Source: Candidatus Thorarchaeota archaeon
Lineage (GTDB): Archaea; Asgardarchaeota; Thorarchaeia; Thorarchaeales; Thorarchaeaceae
Direction: 5' to 3'
DNA length: 32,516 nt
Assembly (NCBI GenBank): GCA_016839605.1
Contig: JAEOTX010000241.1
Span: forward strand, 1 to 32,516
Part shown: positions 17,482 through 26,087 of the stretch, piece after piece
How the letters are laid out: each line of letters starts with the position of its first letter
How positions within the stretch are numbered: the stretch's first letter is position 1
Notes under the pieces: generated by a model
Databases searched by the model: none
What the model was told of the DNA's origin: nothing
What the model saw: the letters and a program-made list of their open reading frames with translations, nothing else
Position numbers and translations under genes: made by a program

Positions 17482-19320
17482 GTGACTTCAGTAGACGAGC
17501 TTTTATTGCAGGCCAAGAGTGCCCTTCAAGAGGGCAGAAGAGAGGCCGCTGCAAAACTGCTTGATGACGCTGCGAACGTCTTCGCATCACAGGAAGTCAA
17601 TGACAAGGCCGCAATTCTATATGAGCGGGCAGCTCTCATCTACAGGGAGGTCTATCTTGCATATGAATCATTCAAGGCATTTGAGAATGCCACATTGATG
17701 TTGATTCGACAACCCAACTCACCAGAATTACAGAAGAAAATCGTGGACCTCAACACTCAGGCAGGAAAGACAGCTGAAGAAACGACGGACTACAAGAGGG
17801 CTGCGGATTTCTACTTTCGTGCATCAGATTTTGTTGTAGATGACGAAGCAAAATCGCAACTCACATTGAAAGCAGCAGATGCACTTGAGAGTTTGGCGGA
17901 TACCAGAGAGGAGGAAGAAGATCTCGAAAGCGCCGTTAGTCTACTCAAGAAAGTTGGTAGACTATACTACACTTGTGGGGATGATGAGCTTGGCAAGAGG
18001 ATAAACGATCGAGCAGCCAAGGTCGCTCAGAAGTGGGCTAAGAAAGCCAAGCGAGAAGGCGACTTGCTCTCAGCCGGCAATGCTCTTGCGGAAGCTGCAC
18101 AAATAATGCAGACTGAAGGCGAATCACCTGAAGCAGCAAAACTGATGATGGAAGCAGGTGAGCTCTATGAGACAGTGAACCTTTTCGAGAAAGCAGGTAA
18201 TATCTATGATGCCGCTCAGGAATCATATCAGATGCTACGACAGACGTCAGGTCGCAGAACAGCGATTACCAAGGCAGCTGAAGCTTATCTGAAGATGGAA
18301 GGCAAAGCTGCGGTACTTGCGCCCTTGTTAATCAAAGCAGGAAATCTCTTTCTTGAGATTGGACTTGACGTGAAGGCGAAATGGGCATTCAAGCGGGGCA
18401 ACGAGCTCTTCGGTGTATTGGCGGAGAAAGCTGCTGAGAATGATGAAATAGACTCGCAGATGCAATACCTCAGATACCAAGCATTGTGTCTCATGAATTG
18501 GGGGAGAACGGAGGAGGCGGATGCGCTCTATACCAATGTGATTGATTACTACCTTGGACAGGCAGAACTCGAGAGAGATAGCAAGGAGGCATATGGTCTA
18601 GCTCTAGAAGCCGCTTCGGATGTTCTTGAGGAGGCACAACGAACAGAGGAGGCAAAGGCATACCTTGAACGAGCTCTTGAAACGTATGTTAAACTTGCAG
18701 AGGAACTTGCAGCATCAGACACACTGGATGAGAGTTCAAGATTATTCAGCAAAGCAGCAGACTGTGCAAAGAAACTAGGTGATGACGAGAAGAGTATATC
18801 ATATTATGAGATGGCCAGTGTCAAGGCAGAGGAGTCAGCCAACGCCTTCATGGAAATGGATGTCAAAGAGTTGGCCACAATATGGTTGAGAACAGCTGGC
18901 ATGGAAGCTCTCAAAACTGGAAAAGAGGAACTATTGGACAAGGCGATTGGTCTGCTAAGAGATTCAGCTGACGGCTTCAAATCGATTGATGAAATGAGTG
19001 ATGCGTTTGAGGATCTGTTCGCTGTCTTTGAAGCGCTTTTTCTCCACCGATCAGATAGTAGAGAGGAGATAGGAAAGGTATTGGATGAAATGGATGAGTT
19101 GGCTCGAACAGCGCAGGAGTACAAGATGCAATCTCTAATGACCGTTATCAACTCATTAGAAAAGGGAAATCCTACTGCAGCCCTTCTCGCACTTCAGGAA
19201 AGAGAAGAAGAACTTCTGCCGCTACGTGACCGGCTTCTTGCATTGGTCAAACAATCGCAGCTGGTGAGAGCACCAGAGGATTTTGAAACAACTGGAAGAA
19301 CTCACTGGCTCTACAAATAG
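17482..19320 (+). CDS. Long SNAP/TPR-like alpha-solenoid protein
   Basis: Repeated AA.(L/F)Y..AA helical hairpins (AAILYERAA, AADFYFRA, AGNIYDAA, AADCAKKLG); ends in LYK. Confidence 0.75.
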   Translation: MTSVDELLLQAKSALQEGRREAAAKLLDDAANVFASQEVNDKAAILYERAALIYREVYLAYESFKAFENATLMLIRQPNSPELQKKIVDLNTQAGKTAEETTDYKRAADFYFRASDFVVDDEAKSQLTLKAADALESLADTREEEEDLESAVSLLKKVGRLYYTCGDDELGKRINDRAAKVAQKWAKKAKREGDLLSAGNALAEAAQIMQTEGESPEAAKLMMEAGELYETVNLFEKAGNIYDAAQESYQMLRQTSGRRTAITKAAEAYLKMEGKAAVLAPLLIKAGNLFLEIGLDVKAKWAFKRGNELFGVLAEKAAENDEIDSQMQYLRYQALCLMNWGRTEEADALYTNVIDYYLGQAELERDSKEAYGLALEAASDVLEEAQRTEEAKAYLERALETYVKLAEELAASDTLDESSRLFSKAADCAKKLGDDEKSISYYEMASVKAEESANAFMEMDVKELATIWLRTAGMEALKTGKEELLDKAIGLLRDSADGFKSIDEMSDAFEDLFAVFEALFLHRSDSREEIGKVLDEMDELARTAQEYKMQSLMTVINSLEKGNPTAALLALQEREEELLPLRDRLLALVKQSQLVRAPEDFETTGRTHWLYK

Positions 19321-19369
19321 ATACTTCACTCAGAGGCATTCCATTGTATTTCAAGAAAAGGCGAGGTAG

Positions 19370-19789
19370 ATGGCGACATATCATAAATCAGTCACACTAA
19401 ACACGAAGGGAAATTGCGATATTATTGATGTAACAGGACGGATTGAAGACATAGTTAGGGAAAGTGGATTCAAAGCTGGAATCTGTACTGTGTTTTGCTC
19501 TGGCTCAACCGCCTCTATCACCACAATTGAATACGAAGGGGGTCTTCTGAAGGATTTCCCAGATGCAATGGAGCGACTTGTGCCAGAGGACATCACCTAC
19601 GAACATCATCTTCGTTGGGGCGACGGCAATGGTCATTCTCATGTAAGAGCATCATTAATGGGGCCAGGACTCACAATTCCATTTATAGACGGCTCCCTGA
19701 CCCTTGGAACCTGGCAGCAGCTAGTTTGCTGTGATTTTGACAACAAAGCCAGGAGTAGAAAGATCGAGGTTATGCTCATAGGTGAGTAA
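19370..19789 (+). CDS. yjbQ: YjbQ/UPF0047 family protein
   Basis: DVT..I, G...VF..GSTAS, Y.HH...DGNGHSH.RASL.G, L.LGTWQ. Confidence 0.93.
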   Translation: MATYHKSVTLNTKGNCDIIDVTGRIEDIVRESGFKAGICTVFCSGSTASITTIEYEGGLLKDFPDAMERLVPEDITYEHHLRWGDGNGHSHVRASLMGPGLTIPFIDGSLTLGTWQQLVCCDFDNKARSRKIEVMLIGE

Positions 19790-20059
19790 TCAGAACAAAT
19801 CAGGCGTGTCTTCCAGTTCCCACTCAAGTTGCCTTGTCCCGATAGGAGTAGGACTTGAGTCGCGTATCTTGTAGGCCAAGTAGTGGATACGTAGTGATCT
19901 TCGAAGTCGATGAAGCTGGTAAGGTGCGTTCCAATCCGGATTCTTCTTTCTGTAATCAAGTGTATCCATGAGATTTTTGATAGTATCCAGCTCACGCTTT
20001 ACTTGTGCCTTCACATCATCAAGGTCACGGTCTATCGTGAGGGCTCCTCCACTTGTCAT
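19790..20059 (-). CDS. Hypothetical small helical protein
   Basis: 89-aa ORF with AGGTG RBS that fills the gap downstream of nob1 on the same strand. Confidence 0.6.
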   Translation of the reverse strand: MTSGGALTIDRDLDDVKAQVKRELDTIKNLMDTLDYRKKNPDWNAPYQLHRLRRSLRIHYLAYKIRDSSPTPIGTRQLEWELEDTPDLF

Positions 20060-20119
20060 TTGGAAACACCTTACAGACTACTCTCTGGAACCCATTAAAC
20101 TAGGAGTGTAACCAAGGTA

Positions 20120-20653
20120 TTACTTAGAGTCCTTGATCTTTTTCTTTCTCTTTGGTTTCCTCCGCATTATGGTTCCGCACACTGGACACTCCAAATTGAT
20201 AGCACCCTCTGGTTCCTCGTTTCTACACCCCGGGCATTTTAGGACCCAAGTGATTTCTTCTCTCATTCTTCTCTTTGGGTCCAAGGTGCTTAGGCCAAGT
20301 GCAGCCGCAGTGTTGAGCACAGCCAAATCGCTAGATACGACGCTCACATCATGACCAAGTTGTTTCTGCCATAGTGCCAAGGAAACTAGTTCCAAATCCT
20401 CTGAGCTTAGCACATGATAATCGCCCACTTCACGTGCTTTCTGCTCAGTCATTTCAATTGCATCTGCATCCGGCGATTCAATTCGCAGTCTATCTGTTGA
20501 GAGAAGATTCTGGACCCTGTTCTTGCTTGGACGATTCTGAATCTCATCAATCACTGATTGGGTGGTCATGAAATTGAAGTGTGGATTCTTCAAGGTCCAT
20601 TGCGAAAGCAAAGCTCCCGTGTCAAGAATATATAGGTGCAAAGAATGGGCCAC
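20120..20653 (-). CDS. nob1: Nob1 endoribonuclease (PIN domain + zinc ribbon)
   Basis: YILDTGA, V.DE, LS.ED, S.D.A..N.A..LG, CPGC...CPVCG and a basic tail. Confidence 0.88.
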   Translation of the reverse strand: MAHSLHLYILDTGALLSQWTLKNPHFNFMTTQSVIDEIQNRPSKNRVQNLLSTDRLRIESPDADAIEMTEQKAREVGDYHVLSSEDLELVSLALWQKQLGHDVSVVSSDLAVLNTAAALGLSTLDPKRRMREEITWVLKCPGCRNEEPEGAINLECPVCGTIMRRKPKRKKKIKDSK

Positions 20654-21532
20654 CTAGAGCGTTCGTGGAACTAGACGTGTATTAACTCGGTCCCAGTAAT
20701 TATCATACATTCGAATGAAACGAGTCACACCCTCTGCTTTCTTGACCCATACAGATTCAGATGGTTCAACATCCCATCGTGTCTGTCCATCAATTACCGC
20801 TAAACCGGGGGCTCCGGGTTTTACAAGTTCCATTTCCAAAATACTGCTATCAGGAATCACAACAGATTTCAGCTCAAAGCGAGGGGGGCACACGGGAACA
20901 AAGATGAATCCATTGACATTGGGGGATAGAATTGATCCCCCCGCAGCGAGGGCATATGCAGTTGAACCGCAGGGTGTCGCCACCATTGCGCCATCGGCTC
21001 GTCCATAGTCAATACGGACATCATCAAGATGAACCTGAAATGTCAGGAGTCTGCCAGGGATTCTTGAAACCACATAGACCTCATTGAGAGCCTCTTCGAA
21101 TTGTCTATCACCAACGCCTGACGCGATATTGACATTTACTTCTAGAATACACTTGTTTTGAATCACTTTCTCAAGTGCACCCAATGCAGTTGTCGTGCTT
21201 GCTTCAGTGAGGAATCCCACATTCCCTCGATTGACACAGAAGAGAGGTGTTTCCCGATCCTTCAGCCTGGAGAGTGCATACAGGATAGTCCCATCGCCAC
21301 CAATAGTCACCACGAAATCAACATCCATCTCCTCTATGGGGGTGGGAGCAGCCTTCTTTGCGGTGACGTTGCATGATCCTGGATCGACCTGAACATCAAT
21401 ATCTTTGGTAAGAAGGAACTCTGCAACGCGATTTGCAATGCGTTCAACCTCGATACGGCCGGGCTTGCCCACAAGACCAACAGCTCTACGGTCACTGAGA
21501 ATTCGTGGACTCTCAACAATCAAGGTTCGCAC
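20654..21532 (-). CDS. ppnK: NAD kinase
   Basis: GGDGT, GFL, LNE, DG.MVATP.GSTAYALAAGG. Confidence 0.95.
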   Translation of the reverse strand: MRTLIVESPRILSDRRAVGLVGKPGRIEVERIANRVAEFLLTKDIDVQVDPGSCNVTAKKAAPTPIEEMDVDFVVTIGGDGTILYALSRLKDRETPLFCVNRGNVGFLTEASTTTALGALEKVIQNKCILEVNVNIASGVGDRQFEEALNEVYVVSRIPGRLLTFQVHLDDVRIDYGRADGAMVATPCGSTAYALAAGGSILSPNVNGFIFVPVCPPRFELKSVVIPDSSILEMELVKPGAPGLAVIDGQTRWDVEPSESVWVKKAEGVTRFIRMYDNYWDRVNTRLVPRTL

Positions 21533-21669
21533 TTCCGACTGGTTCTGGCCACATCTCCCTTTTACTCTTGTTGTTTCCTCTATTCTCGAAAAAGCCGTTT
21601 TCCCGCAAAGTATTTAGATGATGCAGAAGGTGTTGAGGTGAATCGGCCTACAGGACTTGGTGATATATT

Positions 21670-22068
21670 TTGAGCATTCAGAAAAAGACCGCGAAGGGAT
21701 TGAAACCCGGGAGTTATTTCTTAATTGATGGAGAACCGTGTAGAGTGATTTCCATAGAGAAGTCCAAGCCTGGTAAACATGGATCTTCAAAGGCCAACAT
21801 CACAGCAGTAGGTTTCTTTGACCGCAGAAAACGGAATGTCATCATGCCTGCAGATCGACAAGTGGATGTACCTCTGATTGATAAGAGGAGTGCAACTATC
21901 ATCGCAGACATGGGAGAAACTCTGAGCCTAATGGATACTGGCGAACCATACGAAACCTATGAAGTCGCTAGACCTACAGATGATGAGATAGGACCCAAGA
22001 TTCAACTCAATGCGGAAGTTGAAGTCTGGGATGTAATGGGTACAAAGGTCATCACCAGAGTGAAGTAG
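21670..22068 (+). CDS. eif5a: Translation factor aIF5A/eIF5A
   Basis: SKPGKHGSSK hypusination loop; TTG start after a GGTGAT RBS. Confidence 0.95.
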   Translation: MSIQKKTAKGLKPGSYFLIDGEPCRVISIEKSKPGKHGSSKANITAVGFFDRRKRNVIMPADRQVDVPLIDKRSATIIADMGETLSLMDTGEPYETYEVARPTDDEIGPKIQLNAEVEVWDVMGTKVITRVK

Positions 22069-22169
22069 CACGAGTGAGCGCGCTTTTCACTGGTCATCAG
22101 AACCAGATGATACTATTCATTTATCACATACGGAGTCTGAATGCCGTATGACATCGGCGGGATGATTCT

Positions 22170-22610
22170 ATGGGGTCGGATGAGAAGATAGGCAAACACG
22201 ATGAGAAAATAGTCAAGGAACTCATAGAGAATTCGAGAAGCCCCCTTAGGGACATCGGTAAACGCGTCAAGCTTAGCGCTAGTTCCGTGAGAAACAGAAT
22301 GGCACGTCTAGAGAGCCTGAATGTAATCAAGCGATACACTGTAGATGTAGACTGGCGAAAGATGGGATACGATATTGAAGTCATCTTATTGATCTCATCA
22401 TGGATGACTGCTTCTAGGGAGATTCACGAAACTCTCTCTCAATTCGAACAGGTCAGCAAGGTCTACTGGACTGCAGGCACAGCGAATCTAGTCTGTCTTG
22501 TACGTGTGAGAACTATACAAGAACTCTCATCATTCATCACTGAAAATCTGGAGAAACTGCGAGGTATTGAGAGGGTCGAGAGTCTTTTCATTATGCCAGT
22601 TCCGGAATAG
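22170..22610 (+). CDS. Lrp/AsnC family transcriptional regulator
   Basis: D.KIV..L..NSR.PLRDIGK.V.LS.SSVRNR..RLE HTH, plus a RAM domain. Confidence 0.92.
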   Translation: MGSDEKIGKHDEKIVKELIENSRSPLRDIGKRVKLSASSVRNRMARLESLNVIKRYTVDVDWRKMGYDIEVILLISSWMTASREIHETLSQFEQVSKVYWTAGTANLVCLVRVRTIQELSSFITENLEKLRGIERVESLFIMPVPE

Positions 22611-22616
22611 AAGAAA

Positions 22617-22733
22617 TGGTGCGGAGGGCGAGATTCGAACTCGCGAACTCCTACAAGATTTCCCTTTTGTCACTATTGTGACAAAAACAGGGATCTGAGC
22701 CCTGCGCCTTTGACCAGGCTTGGCAACCTCCGC
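22617..22733 (-). tRNA. tRNA-Leu(CAG) with encoded CCA and a 29-nt non-canonical intron (22659..22687)
   Basis: Minus strand reads GCGGAGG TT GCC AAGCCTGGTCAAA GGC G CAGGG CT CAG AT CCCTG [TTTTTGTCACAATAGTGACAAAAGGGAAA] TCTTGTAGGAGTTC GCGAG TTCGAAT CTCGC CCTCCGC A CCA. Removing the bracket gives an 88-nt type II cloverleaf. Confidence 0.93.
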
Positions 22734-22823
22734 AGAGTGAAATGAGTCACTGAACCAGGTGAGCGCCAGTTTCTTCTTTTTATCTTTTCGGGAAGTTAGA
22801 AACCAGATTTGCAAAGGATGCAT

Positions 22824-23597
22824 TTATGGGGGGCATCCTATGTTTCGGACTCTTGATCGAGAGGCCTGCATCTCAACCTGTAATGCTTCCCAATCCCCTA
22901 TCTGATCTAATACATCTTGTCTGGATAATGCCTCCTCGATTGGGCCATCAAATAAAACCCGTCCTTCCCTCAGGACTATTACTGAATCAGCCCAGTTTTC
23001 TAGGAAGAACCTGTTATGAGTAGTATAAAGCACGCTGATACCCTCATTGTGCAATTCCTCAATGATTTGGACAATACGTTTCACCATAGGAAAATCAATT
23101 CCGGTGAAAGGCTCATCCAAGAAGAGGATTCTCGGTCTCATAGCCACAATTCCAGCCAGAGCCACCCTCTTTGCCTGACCGTGGCTCATCTGATTCACAG
23201 GTCGATCAGAATAGCCACTCATTTTCACAACGTCGAGAGCCTCTCGGACTCTCTCCTCCACCTCCTGTTCAGTCAAGCCCTGGTTCCTTGGGCCAAATGC
23301 TACATCCTCCCAGACGGTGGGTGCGAAGAGTTGGTCATCTGGATTTTGGAATAGGAATCCGACATCTTGCCTTATTTCCCAAAGTGATTCATTCGTGACA
23401 CGCCTCTCAAAAACATGAGTATCACCAGATATTGGCTCTAGGAGACCGAGCATTAATTTGAACAAGGTTGTCTTACCAGACCCATTGAGCCCAACCATCG
23501 CTTTTTGTTCACCTCGGTGAAGCTGCATACTAACATCCTGAAGCTTGAAATTGTCATAGCTAAAGAACAGTCTTTCTACATCTAATGCACATGTCAT
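22824..23597 (-). CDS. cbiO: ECF transporter ATPase (CbiO/NikO)
   Basis: GLNGSGKT, FQNPDDQLF, MSHGQ.KR, LFLDEP, TTH. Confidence 0.92.
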   Translation of the reverse strand: MTCALDVERLFFSYDNFKLQDVSMQLHRGEQKAMVGLNGSGKTTLFKLMLGLLEPISGDTHVFERRVTNESLWEIRQDVGFLFQNPDDQLFAPTVWEDVAFGPRNQGLTEQEVEERVREALDVVKMSGYSDRPVNQMSHGQAKRVALAGIVAMRPRILFLDEPFTGIDFPMVKRIVQIIEELHNEGISVLYTTHNRFFLENWADSVIVLREGRVLFDGPIEEALSRQDVLDQIGDWEALQVEMQASRSRVRNIGCPP

Positions 23598-24379
23598 ATT
23601 ATCAATGCCTCCAGCGTGTTCGGAACAACGATGAATAAAGCCACATAGAGAAGAATCAATATAACCAACAAGACAGTGTCAAGTTTCTTGAAACCCCCTC
23701 CACGAAGAACCACTTTTCCGCCAAATCCACGTAGTTTCATTGATTCATAGACTGAAATGCTTCTATCGAATGCTCTGTCTATACTTGATCCGACCATAAA
23801 GCCTAGTGACAGAATACGATTTCCACGCGTGCCTCTCTCAAAGCCCCGAAGGCTCTGAGCATCGTGCATTCGCTTGCGTTCCTCAATAAAGAGCGGAACA
23901 TACCTTAGCATAATTAGAAGAGAACCAAGAATTGAATTTGGAACTCGGAGCGTCCTAAGCGCCCCCATAAAACCAGTCAGAGTCATTTGTGAAAGAGCTA
24001 TCAGAAATAGGAGAATCAATGACATCATACGAAGACCGATTAGGATTCCAAAATCTATGCCCTCCTGGTAAATGTTCACCGGACCGGTCGGCAGATTGAG
24101 TGTAGTAAGAATGGTTTCCCCATAGAGAAATGGTACGAAGAAAACCCAGAAGAGGATGGCCAGCTCAAACTTTGCGGCGAGGGACAAGACAGTTCGCCAT
24201 CGCGTTCCAGCAATTAGCCCTCCAATTAACACCATGAAAATCGCAGCCAAGACTACCATTGGATTCATCTGAATTGCAATCATCAAAGCGACTGCAAAGG
24301 TTGAGATTAGAATGGAGGTTGGGGAGAATGGGCCTTTCTTCATGTCATCCTGCTGGAAAGGTAACAAGAATTTGCTCAT
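23594..24379 (-). CDS. cbiQ: ECF transmembrane T component (CbiQ/NikQ)
   Basis: TM helices, LRY.P, AQSLRG and SMKLRG coupling motifs. Confidence 0.9.
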   Translation of the reverse strand: MSKFLLPFQQDDMKKGPFSPTSILISTFAVALMIAIQMNPMVVLAAIFMVLIGGLIAGTRWRTVLSLAAKFELAILFWVFFVPFLYGETILTTLNLPTGPVNIYQEGIDFGILIGLRMMSLILLFLIALSQMTLTGFMGALRTLRVPNSILGSLLIMLRYVPLFIEERKRMHDAQSLRGFERGTRGNRILSLGFMVGSSIDRAFDRSISVYESMKLRGFGGKVVLRGGGFKKLDTVLLVILILLYVALFIVVPNTLEALII

Positions 24380-24452
24380 GGATATTCACTATTGCCCCGT
24401 CTATTCATTCTTCTGACGTTTTTTTTCTTGTGAGAGAGGAATGGGTTATGCT

Positions 24453-24737
24453 CTACTCTTTTCTAGATGTCGCTTTGAATATCAGAAGTCCTATGAAAAG
24501 AACAATAACTATCCCGACCGCACCGGTCAAAACATCAACAAGTGGCCCTTCTCCGAGAAAAGAGAATAATCCCGGAAAACCACTTTCTGGTTCTGTCACA
24601 CCAGCAAAATCGAATAGCGCCCACTCAAAGCCATCTGGATTTTCTGAGGCCAGACCGCCGAGGATGATGATGCTGATTACTGCAACAAGTACGATTACTA
24701 CAGGGATGACAAATCTGGTGTAAGTGTCCTTCTCCAT
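24453..24737 (-). CDS. PDGLE-domain accessory subunit (NikN/CbiN-like)
   Basis: Two TM helices flanking ASENPDGFEW. Confidence 0.85.
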   Translation of the reverse strand: MEKDTYTRFVIPVVIVLVAVISIIILGGLASENPDGFEWALFDFAGVTEPESGFPGLFSFLGEGPLVDVLTGAVGIVIVLFIGLLIFKATSRKE

Positions 24738-24751
24738 GGCTAAGCCTCCTA

Positions 24752-25468
24752 TTACTTTATGATTTTGGTTTCTTCATGCGGAGTGGTCCAGTCAGTTTCA
24801 ATAACCTCAGCAATTTCATGTACATCACTATCCTTGAGAAAAGAGATTAGCTTCGGCTTTGCTCTCACAAAGTATAGTAGAATTACTGACGTGAGGATAG
24901 CTTCTCCAACCCCAATTACCAAGTGAACGCCAGTAATAGCAGCAAGGGCTAGTTCATTGAAACCAGATACTGATAGTAGCTCCAGCCCCAAAACAAAAGC
25001 TGCTGTTACTGTCGTAATGAACGCAGCAATTGAAGTGCCTATAACCACGGCTCGTTTCTCATCCATTGCTTTACGCATACCCTTGAACAGCAGTAGGGAA
25101 ATTCCCCATCCGAAGAAACATGAGAACACACCCATATTAAACAGGTTAAGCCCATAGGACAAGAGACCTCCATCTGCATAGAGAGCCTGTACAAACAGCA
25201 CAAGCGCCATTATCACAATGCCAGCAAACGGACCAACCATCACAGCAAGTAGCGTTGATCCCACGAGATGGCCGCTAGAGAACGGAGGCACGGGGAAGTT
25301 CACTAACTGAGCTGCGAAAATTACAGCAGCTAAGACTCCCATATACGGCACCAATCTATCATCAAATCTATTATTGATTCGCCTAATCGAAAATGCCAGA
25401 AACAGACCACTAACTGCATATAGTAGCAATAGAAGCCACAATGGGATTATGCCATCAGGTACGTGCAT
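24752..25468 (-). CDS. cbiM: Ni/Co ECF substrate-binding component (NikM/CbiM)
   Basis: N-terminal MHVPDG metal-binding motif, SGHL.G, QAL..ADGG, H..IG..E. Confidence 0.93.
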   Translation of the reverse strand: MHVPDGIIPLWLLLLLYAVSGLFLAFSIRRINNRFDDRLVPYMGVLAAVIFAAQLVNFPVPPFSSGHLVGSTLLAVMVGPFAGIVIMALVLFVQALYADGGLLSYGLNLFNMGVFSCFFGWGISLLLFKGMRKAMDEKRAVVIGTSIAAFITTVTAAFVLGLELLSVSGFNELALAAITGVHLVIGVGEAILTSVILLYFVRAKPKLISFLKDSDVHEIAEVIETDWTTPHEETKIIK

Positions 25469-25517
25469 GATTCTTTTTTCCTCCTCGCTATGGTCCCAGA
25501 TATCATTAGATTAATAT

Positions 25518-25565
25518 GTGTTACTTTTTAACATTTCGTGTCACTCGTATTGACATTCGTGTTAC
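25518..25565. promoter_or_regulatory. Putative NikR operator: three GTGTYAC half-sites
   Basis: GTGTTAC (25518)-N13-GTGTCAC (25538)-N14-GTGTTAC (25559) in the divergent nikM/nikR spacer. Confidence 0.65.
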
Positions 25566-25585
25566 AACTCAACGAGGTAAGCCAG

Positions 25586-26026
25586 GTGACAAAGGAATCA
25601 CAATTGAAACGATTTGGGATTTCAATCCACGAGGATTTACTCGACCGGTTCGACATCTTGGTTCGATCCAGGGGATATGTGGGAAGGTCAGAAGCAATCC
25701 GAGACGCGATGCGTCTCTTTATCACCCAATGGGAGCTCGAAACCAAGCAAGAAGGGAGCGCTGCCACACTCAGTGTAGTCTACAGGCACAAAGCAAAACT
25801 CATGGCTGAATTGACCAATGCACAGCACGGATCCAATGCTAATGTGATTTCTACCATGCATGTCCATCTCACTCACTCTCATTGCCTTGAAGTGCTCACG
25901 TTGAGTGGCAAGGGAGAGAGGATACGTGAGCTCGCTGACAGGATAAGCGGACTAACTGGAGTCGAATTTGCCAAGCTCTTCATGTTTTCTATTCCTGAGT
26001 CTTCAGATCACGACCACTCTCATTAG
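25586..26026 (+). CDS. nikR: Nickel-responsive regulator NikR
   Basis: RHH domain KRFGISI...RSEAIRD and Ni ligands in AQH...HVHL..SHCLE. Start reassigned to GTG 25586 after a GAGGT RBS. Confidence 0.93.
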   Translation: MTKESQLKRFGISIHEDLLDRFDILVRSRGYVGRSEAIRDAMRLFITQWELETKQEGSAATLSVVYRHKAKLMAELTNAQHGSNANVISTMHVHLTHSHCLEVLTLSGKGERIRELADRISGLTGVEFAKLFMFSIPESSDHDHSH

Positions 26027-26087
26027 CTGAATCTTGGTGTTTAGTAATGAGCACAATAAAAAGTGACAAATCGCACAGCAAAGTGGA

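Noticed and set aside
22659-22687. Perfect hairpin with T/A tails, read as a terminator, or as a canonical 37/38 intron
   Set aside because: It lies inside the tRNA gene. A 37/38 splice would leave a weak anticodon stem and too short a variable arm for Leu, whereas 43/44 restores a normal tRNA.
22617-26026. tRNA-anchored genomic island carrying the Ni transporter
   Set aside because: No integrase and no duplicated tRNA 3' end were seen, and the transporter lies on the 5' side of the tRNA.
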